From positions 4,624 to 68,623 of IMG/VR virus record IMGVR_UViG_3300030099_007267: DNA of 64,000 nt; one strand, written 5' to 3'. The number at the start of each line of letters is the position of its first letter. Position 1 is the first letter of the stretch. Positions 42,369 to 54,000 of the stretch are shown piece by piece. The stretch comes from a virus. Below the pieces are notes generated by a model. That model saw only the letters and a list, made by a program, of their open reading frames with translations, did not search any database and was not told the DNA's origin. Made by a program: the position numbers and the translations under genes.

Positions 42369-43052
42369 ATGGCACAAGTAAAAATTCCATCGTTACTCAC
42401 AGGTAATCAGATAACAACAACTGATATCAATGATTTTATTAATTCGGTCAACAGTATTTCTGGAAATGTTAATTCTGACAATGTTAGAGACGAAGGAATT
42501 GACAGAAGAAATTTAGGATTGCAGTCTGTACAAATAATTAGTGGCGCGACACAAACACCAACACAAACAGGAAGTCATTTTATTTCAAGTGGCAGTTATA
42601 CGATTCCCACACAAGCTAATTTTTGTTATGATCCTATTTTGTCTAGTACCGGTACACGAATACAGGTGTCAGGTATTCAATGTGATAATGGAGATAAAAT
42701 ATTGGTCCACTGTTCATTTTCGTTTCAAACGCTGACAAGATCCAATAATAATATAGGCGGCCCAGAAGTTCGATTTAAAATATTTGAAACAGAGTCTCAG
42801 GGGTCTACGTTTGGAGGAATACCTGGTTCTGAGAGAAGATTTAACAATTTCTTGGAGATAGATGGCCAATCAACCAATGTAGACTATAGTTGTACGATTG
42901 TATGTTTGTTGGAGGCCTCGACCACAAGCAGTGGTGTCAACGATTACACTTTTGATTTACGCGGCTTTGCAATGCCCTCACTGGGCAGCAATGTTGCTAT
43001 TACGGGGATACTACGAAACTGCCACATGTTTTACCGAGTGATAAAAAAATAA
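42369..43052 (+). CDS. putative tail appendage protein 2
   Basis: ISGNVNSDNV..GIDRRNL. Confidence 0.65.
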   Translation: MAQVKIPSLLTGNQITTTDINDFINSVNSISGNVNSDNVRDEGIDRRNLGLQSVQIISGATQTPTQTGSHFISSGSYTIPTQANFCYDPILSSTGTRIQVSGIQCDNGDKILVHCSFSFQTLTRSNNNIGGPEVRFKIFETESQGSTFGGIPGSERRFNNFLEIDGQSTNVDYSCTIVCLLEASTTSSGVNDYTFDLRGFAMPSLGSNVAITGILRNCHMFYRVIKK

Positions 43053-43789
43053 TGCCTGTCAATATACCAGCACTAACAACAGCGGCATCATTAAATGCCG
43101 CAACGTTAAACGATATCTTTCTTTTGGTCGAAAAATTCTTGAATGGAGGAATGGACTCTACTGATATTGACACGTCTTCCGAATGGATTGAATCTCGCCA
43201 CGTGGTTAAACCAGACTTTTTTGGAGCACCTGCCCCAAGAGTACATCTTACATCCAGTGATGTACACATCCGAGAGCGATTAAATAATCTTCATACATTT
43301 GTTGTAACAAACGACATGAGCAATGGATTTATTCCAATACCAGGGCTGTCGGCTTCTTTTTACGTTGACTTAAACGCAGACGAGGCTGACACTTGTTTTG
43401 CCATAGTCAATGCAAACTTCTTCTGCTTAGAAAAGGAAGCTGTATCAGGAGACAGAAATTCAGGATTGGTTGATGACAGTCCGAATGGTGATTTTGATCC
43501 CGATGACTATGAATCGTCGAGTTATCTAGCAGGTATTTTTGCTTTGTTTGTTAACGGAAGCGAAATAAGTAGTACAAGAAGAAACATATACGCCAACTAC
43601 GATGGATTTGCGTTCAAGAACCATTCAATATCTGCTATGATTGAATTGTCAAAAGGGATGAATGACGTATCCATACGCATCAAACCTAGTCCTGATGAAC
43701 AGCCAGCGAGTGCTGGTAATAACAAAGTGTATTTTTATCAAATAATGATCCGAGAACGAAACATGAACATTGAAGTACTGTACAGGTAG
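43052..43789 (+). CDS. putative tail appendage protein 3
   Basis: LNGGMDSTDI; C-terminal IRERNM echoes IRNRNL of protein 1. Confidence 0.65.
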   Translation: MPVNIPALTTAASLNAATLNDIFLLVEKFLNGGMDSTDIDTSSEWIESRHVVKPDFFGAPAPRVHLTSSDVHIRERLNNLHTFVVTNDMSNGFIPIPGLSASFYVDLNADEADTCFAIVNANFFCLEKEAVSGDRNSGLVDDSPNGDFDPDDYESSSYLAGIFALFVNGSEISSTRRNIYANYDGFAFKNHSISAMIELSKGMNDVSIRIKPSPDEQPASAGNNKVYFYQIMIRERNMNIEVLYR

Positions 43790-43796
43790 GTAACAA

Positions 43797-44309
43797 ATGG
43801 CATCCGAATATTTTACAACATATGATACCAAAAAGAAGCAGAGTCAGTTTAAAGGGCCTGCGGTAGACCTAAGAGGCGAAGACGCTCCTCAACCAAGTGA
43901 TTTTAAGAAGCCTGGACAAGCTTTTCTTCAGGCACTACCAGGTGCAATGCAGGGAGCAGCCACTGGAGCCAAGGTAGGGTCGCTTGTGCCTGGAATAGGC
44001 ACAGGTGTTGGCGCTATTGCCGGAGGAACGATTGGTTTGGTTACTGGCTTGATGCAAGCAGACATGCAACAAGACGCAGCTTTTGCAGCCGCAGTGACCA
44101 AATATGGCTCAGCGAAAACGGCTGAGAAGGCAGCAAAGAAGTCTCAACAAGCTCAGAAGTCTATGGCCAAGCGAGCAAAAGAGGGTGCTGGTCGTGCCCC
44201 AGACTTGGCTCCAATTGTAGATACAGACAATGAAATATTAGCAATGATGCAACAAGGTGGCACATCTCAGTATGATCAAGGGATGGGCGGTTTGTATGGA
44301 TACGGATAA
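43797..44309 (+). CDS. ejection/pilot protein with glycine zipper
   Basis: GAATGAKVGSLVPGIGTGVGAIAGGTIGL. Confidence 0.7.
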   Translation: MASEYFTTYDTKKKQSQFKGPAVDLRGEDAPQPSDFKKPGQAFLQALPGAMQGAATGAKVGSLVPGIGTGVGAIAGGTIGLVTGLMQADMQQDAAFAAAVTKYGSAKTAEKAAKKSQQAQKSMAKRAKEGAGRAPDLAPIVDTDNEILAMMQQGGTSQYDQGMGGLYGYG

Positions 44310-44320
44310 GGAGATTTAAA

Positions 44321-45475
44321 ATGGCTATTGACCCTAAAACTGGATATGAAATTATTGGTAGAGAGCTAGACGCAGATTCTGCTCAACAACCTTTAATGTC
44401 AGACAGGTTTGGTACTCAGAACAAGCAAATATATAACGATCTGTTACAGGATACTGCGACAGGACAGTTTTATTACCAAAACAACAAGACAGGCAAAGTA
44501 TCTCCGATTGGTGCAGACAACGTTGACTTGGTTTTGAAAAGTGCCAATTTTGCATTAGCGTCAGACAAAAAAATGGGCGAGACTGGGATTGAGCCTAATT
44601 TAATATCAGACATCCCTAAGTTTGATGACGCATCCGGTTTGACGATGGAGATGTTAGATATCGACCGTCCAGAAGAGAAAACCATTACTGAAATGCAACA
44701 ACAGTATGATCCAGACACCAAAGCAGCAATGGAGAGAGCGCAGTTGTTGGACTTACAAAAACAACAACGAGCAAAACAAGTTGGTGATGTTGGAGTGGGA
44801 GCACTTTTAGCAGGTCTAAACTATGCTACAAAGTTTGTCGGTGATAATGCAGCCCAAGAACGTGTCAAAGAGCAGTTTTCAGAACTCCGCCAAAAAGAAA
44901 AGGAGGGTCGATTGGGAGAACTGACAGGTGCCCAAGAAGAAGGTATACAAGCATTACAACGTGGTGTTGCTGCTGGTGCCAGAGAGAGACAAGTTGATAC
45001 AGAAGCAAGACAAGCGGCACAGGGCGGCACTACTTCTGTTGCTGGAATGGTCGCAGGAAGAAGACAGGCGGCACAAGAAGATTTGCGAGGTAAGCAAGCT
45101 GCGTTCGGTGAGATGATACAAGCAGCCACACGGAATCTACAATTCAATACAGGTCGTCTAGATCAGTTGGGTGCTGCGATGGATTCGATCGCACAGCGTG
45201 ACAAAGCGGCCGCTCAGAAATTTACGACAGAAGTTGGAGCTCTACTTGGTGCTGTAAGAGGAGCCAAGCCACTGATGAAGGATGACACCATTGATCAGTT
45301 GTATGCTGCGGCTGGTCGTCAAGATGTCTCTTTGAAGGCTGACGCTGCTGTGAAGCTGGCACAACGATTGCGGTTTGCCCCTTATTACAGTCAAGAGAGA
45401 ATTGCCAAGATACTGACAGAAGAAGGTCTTGAAGCGACACCCGAACTAATTGAGAGTATATCAAGGAGTGTATAG
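44321..45475 (+). CDS. putative ejection protein
   Basis: A/Q/G-rich helical; position after tail genes. Confidence 0.65.
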   Translation: MAIDPKTGYEIIGRELDADSAQQPLMSDRFGTQNKQIYNDLLQDTATGQFYYQNNKTGKVSPIGADNVDLVLKSANFALASDKKMGETGIEPNLISDIPKFDDASGLTMEMLDIDRPEEKTITEMQQQYDPDTKAAMERAQLLDLQKQQRAKQVGDVGVGALLAGLNYATKFVGDNAAQERVKEQFSELRQKEKEGRLGELTGAQEEGIQALQRGVAAGARERQVDTEARQAAQGGTTSVAGMVAGRRQAAQEDLRGKQAAFGEMIQAATRNLQFNTGRLDQLGAAMDSIAQRDKAAAQKFTTEVGALLGAVRGAKPLMKDDTIDQLYAAAGRQDVSLKADAAVKLAQRLRFAPYYSQERIAKILTEEGLEATPELIESISRSV

Positions 45476-47605
45476 ATGTTGAACCCAAACTCACCATATA
45501 TGCCAGGAGCAGGAAGCTTAGCGTATTTTGACAGTTTTATGAAGACTGTTTCCAATATGAACGAAGCTATTATTGCGGAGAAGCAAAGAACTGATGATCC
45601 TACAATTGCTTTGAGAAACAAACAAGCTGCCCAAAGGCGACAACAACAGTTGGCAAGAGAATTAGCTGAATTAAGAAAGCTAGAAGTCACGAAAGCAAAA
45701 GCTGTTGGTCAAGACTACTCTAGTGGGATGAAAACTCAAAGAACAGCGATGTTGACTGCAGACAGGCAAAGAGCGAAAACTCAAACTGATGCTAGCAAAA
45801 CCAGCAGTGATGTAAAAAAGAAAATTGATTCTGTTACAAGTGAAGACTTTATCAAAAACTTGCACAAATCGTTGAAAGTGGATCTTCGGAATAGCGGGTT
45901 TGATGACGCAACGAGTGATACTGAACTGCGCGAAGCTATTTACGTTTTCATAAAGGGACAGGATGATTCAACAGACGAGCAAATAAACGCTCGTAAAAGA
46001 CAAGTAGAAATTGCAATTGGAAAGGCAATCGCAAAACAATTGGAAGTACAGGCTGACCCAGAAGGAAAAAATCCTGGTATAGAGTTAAAATATCAAAATC
46101 AACCTATTGGCGCTATACCGCAAAAAGCGTTGACCGAATTGGTTATGCGACAGTATGGATTTGGTGGTCAAGAAGCAAATCCAAGTGCGGTTAAGGACTT
46201 TAAATCTCGTATTGAAACTGATGCAGAACGATTGGTTTTTGAAGCGTCAAAGTCTGGCAGAATAGGAGTTCCAAGTCCGTCTCTTTCTGAATCTCAAAAG
46301 CGACAAGAGGAAATTTTTGCTGTTCCAACAGCGGAAACAAAAGCTCGCATAGAACAGATACAAAAAGAGATTAAAGATCTTGATACAGAGATCGACTTGT
46401 ATGACGCGAAAATAAAGGAAGGCCCAACATCAAGAGCAGATATTTATGCTCAAGCAGGTGTCACCTCTCCAATGATGCAAACTTTAAATATTCAAGATGA
46501 TTTAAGACGCAGAAAGCTTCGACCTGACATCAATATCGACGAACAAATTGCTGGCTTAATGAGAGATAGAGATACTTCTTACGACCCTGAATTTGAACCA
46601 CCAACGCCCCAACCGTTTGCTGGTGATTTTGAATTAGATGAGTTTGATGCGAGCGGAAGAACAGTTCCGTTCGAACAGGGATTTGGCAGAGGTCGAGGAT
46701 ACTTGAAAAATGTTATGAGTGAACCACAAGAGCCTTTGGCTTTGGATGAGTTTGATGCCAGTGGAAGAACAGTTCCGTTTAAAGAAGGATTTGGCAGAGG
46801 TCGAGGGTACTTAAAAAACGTTATGAGCGAACCACAAGCAACAGAAGAAGAAATTGAATTTCTTCCTTCCGAAGTAAAAAGAGTGGAAGACCCTTTTCTT
46901 TTAGATGATTTTGATGCCAGTGGAAGAACAGTTCCGTTCGAACAGGGATTTGGCAGAGGTCAAGGGTACTTGAAGAACGTTATGAGCGAACCACAACCAA
47001 GAGATCAAAAAGCAGACGGATTGTTTCCTGAAGGGAGAACAATGCCTTTGTTATTGCCAGAGTTTGATGCCAGAGGTAGAACCGCCACTCGTAAACCTCC
47101 TTCACGACAAGCTTTTCCATCTCCTTTGGATGCGTATAGAGATCCGGAGCCACGATCGTTTTTAGGAGATGATGAAGATTTTGATATATATGGTCTTCAA
47201 GGATCGCCCGAATACTCTAGGATGCAATCAAAAAGTCAATTAATCCAAGATATTATGGATTTTCAAGACTTTACAGGCCGTCAAATTACTCCAAAAGAAC
47301 AACTTCAAAGATTTGATTACGATCAACTAAAATCTCTTGATGAACAACTTAGACTTATCCAAAGAGGATACACGTCAGAAATGCTTCAAAAAGGATTTAG
47401 AGCAGAAACAAGAATGGACGTTGAGTCTCAGATTAAAGTCAATGGACTTGATCTAAATGACTTTGATTTACTTCGAGACAACAATGGAGACTTTATTGCT
47501 GTTCCCAAAGGAACATCTGTCAATATGAATCGCTTTACAAAGGTTCCATTTTTAAGCACACCAAAAGACATAAACATCCCATCTTTAAGAGAGAGTCGTA
47601 GATAA
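45476..47605 (+). CDS. putative ejection protein with internal repeats
   Basis: Helical N-half; three 32-aa repeats. Confidence 0.7.
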   Translation: MLNPNSPYMPGAGSLAYFDSFMKTVSNMNEAIIAEKQRTDDPTIALRNKQAAQRRQQQLARELAELRKLEVTKAKAVGQDYSSGMKTQRTAMLTADRQRAKTQTDASKTSSDVKKKIDSVTSEDFIKNLHKSLKVDLRNSGFDDATSDTELREAIYVFIKGQDDSTDEQINARKRQVEIAIGKAIAKQLEVQADPEGKNPGIELKYQNQPIGAIPQKALTELVMRQYGFGGQEANPSAVKDFKSRIETDAERLVFEASKSGRIGVPSPSLSESQKRQEEIFAVPTAETKARIEQIQKEIKDLDTEIDLYDAKIKEGPTSRADIYAQAGVTSPMMQTLNIQDDLRRRKLRPDINIDEQIAGLMRDRDTSYDPEFEPPTPQPFAGDFELDEFDASGRTVPFEQGFGRGRGYLKNVMSEPQEPLALDEFDASGRTVPFKEGFGRGRGYLKNVMSEPQATEEEIEFLPSEVKRVEDPFLLDDFDASGRTVPFEQGFGRGQGYLKNVMSEPQPRDQKADGLFPEGRTMPLLLPEFDARGRTATRKPPSRQAFPSPLDAYRDPEPRSFLGDDEDFDIYGLQGSPEYSRMQSKSQLIQDIMDFQDFTGRQITPKEQLQRFDYDQLKSLDEQLRLIQRGYTSEMLQKGFRAETRMDVESQIKVNGLDLNDFDLLRDNNGDFIAVPKGTSVNMNRFTKVPFLSTPKDINIPSLRESRR
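46634..47085 (+). repeat. three full and one partial copy of a 32-aa coding repeat
   Basis: LD(E/D)FDASGRTVPF(EQ/KE)GFGRG(R/Q)GYLKNVMSEPQ at 46634, 46742, 46901; partial near 47060. Confidence 0.95.
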
Positions 47606-48030
47606 TGAAAGAAGATCTAGATAAAGATATTATTCAAGACATGTCATCTTTGGAAGAGTCTAAACATTACCGTAGGTATCTCACAGATAGATTTGAAGTT
47701 CAAATGATCCACGAGATTGAAAACGGTCTGTGCGCACACGTGCTTGATATCGAAACGGGTCAAGAAATGAAGCTTCATACTGGTGACGAACTAGCAGACG
47801 GCACAGTCCAAGTAACAGAAGGGGGTGTGATTTTTCAACCTCCCCGAGCAGATGTAGAATCATTCGTCTTGCGTTCTTCATCGGAAATGTCACCATTAAA
47901 GTCACATTCTTCCAGAAATAAACGTCACGAAATGAACAACCTTTTAAGACAGGAGCATCAATCCTCGCCATTGGACGATGATGATGATACTATGATCATA
48001 GTATTGAGCGCAGAACCGATGACGTATTGA
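47605..48030 (+). CDS. hypothetical protein
   Basis: TAATG coupling; 141 aa. Confidence 0.65.
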   Translation: MKEDLDKDIIQDMSSLEESKHYRRYLTDRFEVQMIHEIENGLCAHVLDIETGQEMKLHTGDELADGTVQVTEGGVIFQPPRADVESFVLRSSSEMSPLKSHSSRNKRHEMNNLLRQEHQSSPLDDDDDTMIIVLSAEPMTY

Positions 48031-48037
48031 GGTAAAT

Positions 48038-51000
48038 ATGGGTACTCCTGAAAACAAGATTATCTTAACTCCAGATGATGTTGAAAAGTATACACAATTC
48101 GAAGACTTTAGAAAATATCATGGAGAGCTTGGGACAGTTGTAATCGATGCACACAAAGTTCTTATCGAGGAAGGAAACACACCAAGTAGCATTACACCAG
48201 GGATGCTTCAAACCCAAGTGAACAAATTAGACTCTTCCCAACAGGGTGTACTTCCCGTAGCTGAAGAATTTCTTGAAAAGTTTGAATCTGTCAACCCAAT
48301 ATCTTCAATGACTCTAGATACAAATGAGTTGGAAAGTGATGTTGACAAACTGTATAAAAATTACATAGAACCTCATCTTACTCCTGTTAAAACTCATAAA
48401 GAGTCAAGGGAGTCTAGGCCGGTTGACCCTAGCGCGGCTGGTTTTGAGCCAAAGAACTTACAACAAGCTCAAAACGATTACTTGAAAGCTGTAAATGATC
48501 TTATTGAAGATAGAGCAAATGAAAGGATTGCGGAATACAGCAGACAAAAAACCAAAGATAACAAATTAAAATACACAAAGGATCAGTTAGATACATTAAA
48601 TAGACAAACTAAAATGATACTTCAGAAGTATTATTTGGCCAATACTTTGTACATTACCAATGAGCCGGATGGGATACGGCAAGATATAAAAAAGTTGTTG
48701 CCGGATGAGATACCACAAGTCAGCCCAAAAGAAATTGACGATGCTATTGAACAAAAAATTAAAGTAGGAGGTATCGATCCAATAAAACTTACACAGCTTC
48801 AAAATGATTTAGATTTTATTAAGAAAGCAGATGAAACGGGAATTATTCCTATTCCGACTAGAGAACTCACTTTGTTTAAGTTCTCGTCAACGGATTTTCC
48901 GGCTCAAAGAATAGTTGGAATTAAAGAAGAAGTTGAAAAGGATGAACAAGAACTCGTAAAGAAAAAGCAGCAAGAAGGCCATACTCCATCTGCTGCCCAA
49001 AAATCTGCGAGACTTCAAAAGAAAGAAGAAACAAAAGAGTCGTTATTAGTTGACACTGCTGAAAGTGCCGTAGACTTTGGAATGAAGATTTTTGGTTTTA
49101 AAGAAGCATATGGGGATATTGATAATCAATCTATTTCTCAAGCTGTAAGAAAAATAGGTGATGCGAATATCCAAGCAAAAGCTTTAAATTCTTTGGAAAA
49201 CGCACAGAAAGAACATCGGAAAAGTCAAGCTGTCAGAAAAGAAATCTCAGAAGATTTGTCTTCAATTATTTATACATTGTCTGAATCCAATAAACATCCA
49301 AAAGAAATTGAGCAGGTTGTAAAGGAAATAAGAGAAAGAACTATTTCTGAATCAGACAAGCGATTTATTGAAGCAATAAATCGCAGAAACATAAATAATC
49401 TTGATGATCTTTTGAGAGAGACACACGCTTTAGTTTCCGCAACAAAGAATTCCAAAAAGCAAGAGTTTTTACTTGAAACGACAGTTATGAGTCCAGAGCT
49501 ATGGGAAAAGGGGATGGCTGATGTTTCTCCAACACAGATAGTTGAGATTGCAAAAAAACAAGGTTTTGATGAAAAGTATGGAAATTTTTTAAAGCAAAAT
49601 TTTGATGTAGCATCAATGCAGAGTTCATTGGATGAAGAGTTTTCTCAAATTGAAGAGGGTTTTTTTATTAGTGATGATTCCAGACAACCTATTGCTAAAA
49701 CCATATTCCGTCTTGGAACTGAATATGAAAAGATGGACAAAACAGAGTCTGTTGCAGATATTCCTTTAACTCCAATTGATAATCTTAAATTTTACTATGA
49801 GCTTCATGAATATGTAAAGCAAGAAATAGATAAAGAATGGGAGCCTGAACTTCGGGAGTTTACAAATCCAACGTCAGTCGCGTCAACTTACTCTAAATCT
49901 TCACTGGCTTTATCTTTGAAAACAACAGAAAATATTCTTTACTCTACTCCCTTTGAGGAAAGGGAGAAACGATCAGAGTTAAATAGACAAATTAAATCTT
50001 TGAGAAAAATGTTAGATGCTCAAACTCAACTCGATGATTACCATCAAGAGAAACCTTGGTTTGGTTTACTTTATCAAGTTGAACCAGGAGTTCTTTCTTA
50101 CACTAAAGAAGGTGGCCCCTTCCGTGGGTTTGGTAATATTACGGTTTACGAAGGTGTGCGCGATATTATTGATCAATATCAAGCTAGAGCCTTAGAAGAG
50201 ATACAACAAGAGCAACAAGCAGGGGAACAGCGACCAGTAGAACAGAAGCCTAGGTATCATCAAAGTATTGACTACGGAAAGGAATATAAGGCTACTGACG
50301 CATTTGTTAAGCAAGTAGCACTTGATACAATGAGGGAAGAATATTTAGACATATATGGAAAGCCCAAAGCCTTTAGCTCTGGTGATGAAACCAAAGTAAT
50401 CACAACGTATCTTCAAGAAGGTTTGACTTTTGATGAAATGAAAGACCTTTCTAAGGCGAACGCTCAAAAATCATTGGAAGCATATCAAATAAACAGAATA
50501 ATCCAAGATGATATGAGTCATCCATTTGCACGGGCTTTAATTGATATAGATTCTGCAAGTGAACTCCTTGCATCTGAGACTATATCAGGAATGAAAAAGA
50601 AGGAAGTACCTGAATTCTTTAGACAAATGCTTCCTGGTGAAGATGATGATACCATCGAGAACTTAATTATATCTGATCAAATAGATGATTTGTTAATGAG
50701 AAGACTCAACATTGAAGCTAATTTTGTTGTAGACTCTTTTATTTCTCAACCTCTTACCGAGAACTTTGCATTTTATCTAGAAAAGCTTACTGCAAAAGCC
50801 GTTACAGATTCTTCTTCAATGGAAGCTAAAGTACAGTATACACCGATTACCTTTGCTTTTGAAACACTTACTGCATTAGCAGAAGAGGCCGTTGTTGTTC
50901 TTCCTGTTGAAACCCCAAGTTTTGGCATGTCTATGGCCACGTATTTTGGAGGAGGCCGAGCCGATTTAAACGAATACTGGGAAATCAGAAAACAACAACT

Positions 51001-54000
51001 TGAAAAAATGGGAACTGTAAAGACACCAGACGGCCAATTTAAACACCCTCTTTCTGTGTATTTTGAACAAGAATGGGTAAGAGATGGTTTGGTTGAACAT
51101 ATTGACAAAAGAAAGAAAGAAGAAGAAACAGGTGACGCGAAGATAACATTTGGAGATCTTGAGAAATATACTATTGAATACTTTAGCAGCTTGGTTGAGC
51201 CACAAGCCTTTGATGCGATGGTTCAACAAGGTTACTTTGATGATATCCTTCAAGTATACGGAAAGGCTCTTGCTGTTATCTTGACAGGTCGTATGGACCA
51301 AGTTCCTTTTACTATTGCCACTCCAATGGAAATGGACTTTTATCTTCAAGAGCAAATGCCTGATATATATTCTGGGGTTATTCCTCCTTCTTACAATTCT
51401 TGGTCAGGACGGTTTTCTGTTTTTCTCGACTCAATGACGAATGAGCCTTTGGGCTTTCAGGAGTCTTATAGTTACCTTGGAGATGGATTAGGGTTTAGTT
51501 ATGGATCTGTTCATCAAACTTTTTTAAACACTGGAACAGCTTTGTCTGTGTTTGTTCCATTTGAAAAAATCGCTGCCTCTCCAGTAAAAGCAACCTTAAA
51601 AACAGGTTCAGTGATGGCTTCTTCGACGCGTCAAGCTTTGGTTGCCATGAACAAAACCCCAATAGAAGCCGGTCTTGGCACGCAAGCAGTGCGAGGTTTA
51701 AAAGCGGGTGCCTTAGAAGCGGCTGAAATTGTGGAGGTCATTCCTTTCGTTGATGATAGGGGAACACGAATAGTAAGAGGTTTTCTACAAGAACAGATGA
51801 GTTACGAAAAGGAAACCCCTAACGCAACATTTTCAGATAGATTTCTTCGCGATGAAGAACTTTGGAGTGAAGCAATAGAGGCTTCAGCAATTACTGAACC
51901 AGACTTGAATAAATCTTTTAGAGCAGAACTCGTTAATGTTGCTGGCCAATCTGCAATAGGAGGTTTAATAGCCGGAACGCCAGGTGCGTTGTTCTATGGT
52001 TTTAAACAAGGAATTCCATCTGCTTCAAAATTAATTGTTGATGGAGTTTTTAAAATCGCGGGACTGACAACGGAAAAGAACTTGTTGGCATTGTCATATT
52101 ATTATCGAAGAAAAGGAGACTTAGCGAGTGTAGTTCACCAACAACAAATGTCACAAATGATTAAAGACGTAAGAGCAGGTCATTTAGACTCACTCTTTGA
52201 GCTTGTTAACAACACCAGCAAAAATGGTCAATACTATGAAGCAGACTACTTTCGTCAAGCAGCAAGCTCTTTAGGTATCGATCCTAATGCGCTGGTTCTT
52301 AGTTTAATGGATCTTGGATTTGAGAACGCAAAAAAACAAAAAAGAGAAATCGAATATTTAATGGACGGAAGAAAAATACTCAAAGACAAATATAGTCGTA
52401 AACTGAAGAAAATAAAAAATGAAGAGCTATACAAAACAATATTTGGTCGAGATGAGATTATCTATAGAAGTAATGAGTACAAGAACCTAGAACGACAACA
52501 TAAGATTCTAGTGAGAAGAAATACTTTGACCGAAACACAAGCGGCATACAATTTAGCTATATATCGATATCTAGCCTTAACTAAAGATGATCCTAAGAAG
52601 TTCCTTAAACAATTACAAGTAGTAGATTTAAACGAAACTGATTCTCTTAAAAATTTAGAAGACTACGTAAGAAATTTTGATACAGAAGAATTAGAATTTT
52701 TAAAAAAAGAAAAAGGTCAACAAGCCGTAGAATTTTTAAAATCAGACACGACGTATGAGCAAGATGCGTATAACAAGTCTATTGGATTGTATTCTTTTCT
52801 AAGTCAGAAAAAACAAGATTTAAATCCTGGTGATGCTAGAGAATATGTAAAGTCTTTTCAAGATATGAGTCTTGTCGAGCAAGAAGCCAAAGAGAAACCT
52901 AGTGTTGTTAAAGGCACCGAGGCTCAGAAACACAATCCTCCATCTAAAGAAATGGAAAAATTTGCTAGTGCTATTGTAACAATTGGTAACAATCGAGTTC
53001 AAGTATTCTTTGAAATATCCAAAAAGGATAAAAAATTATCCATAAAAGAAATCCATATCGACAATCCACCGATGATTCCTTTGGACGATGTAATGTTGCG
53101 AGTTAAAGCAACCAAAAAATTGTTTTCAAAGAAACTGCTAGAAAACAATTTAACATTAGAGTGGAATCCAGAGTTGGTATTCTTTCAATTAAAAGAAGCA
53201 CCACAGGAAATGTTGAACTCATATACAGAGTTAATGCACCAATATATGGATAATTTTGTTGACAACATTGATGAATCTAAAAAAACCCAAAGAAGACAAC
53301 AACCAAAAAGAACTGTCGCGCTACAGGTTGTAACCTCATTACGCAAAAATAAAAACATAGCCAAGAATAAGGACTTAGGAACCTTCAAGGTTGTAGACAC
53401 AAATGAAGAATTATCGTTACATCCTCAATATCAGAAGATGATTAATGTAGACTATGAAATTGCGTCTAGAGCTATACAAGAACAACTTAATTCAATACAA
53501 AAAGCAAACAAAAAAATTAAAGATATTGAAAAGAAAAATGTTTCAATCTTACAAGACAAATTAAGCTTGATTGAGTTTAATGCAGAAGCAAAAGAAACAC
53601 CGAAAAAGTCTGTTACTGAGAACGCTTTAGCTGAGTTAGCTACGTATATGTACAACAGTAAAATATATTATGATATTGAAGACAAGATAAAAGCATTCGC
53701 AAAGAAAATTGATGAACAAGACACTCCTGAAAAAAAGCAACAAAAGTTTGATGAAATCCGAGAAGCTTTGAGAAGCGGAGTAGGCAATCAGTACAGAAAA
53801 GCAATGACAACAGAAATTGTTAGGAAAAACCGTGCTGAACAGAAAATTAGAAAGGCTGAAAAAGCTATTGATATTGTCAAGCCTACTTTTGATGAAGTGG
53901 TTGAAGAAAAAGTTCAGAAGCCTTTGGTTACTGAAGACTTAAGCGACGGTGGTCTTGAAACTATTCTCTCAACGGAACCTCGCGAGCCTACACCTACAAA

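Noticed and set aside
41695-47605. Diversity-generating retroelement
   Set aside because: No reverse transcriptase; repeat differences are synonymous rather than adenine-specific.
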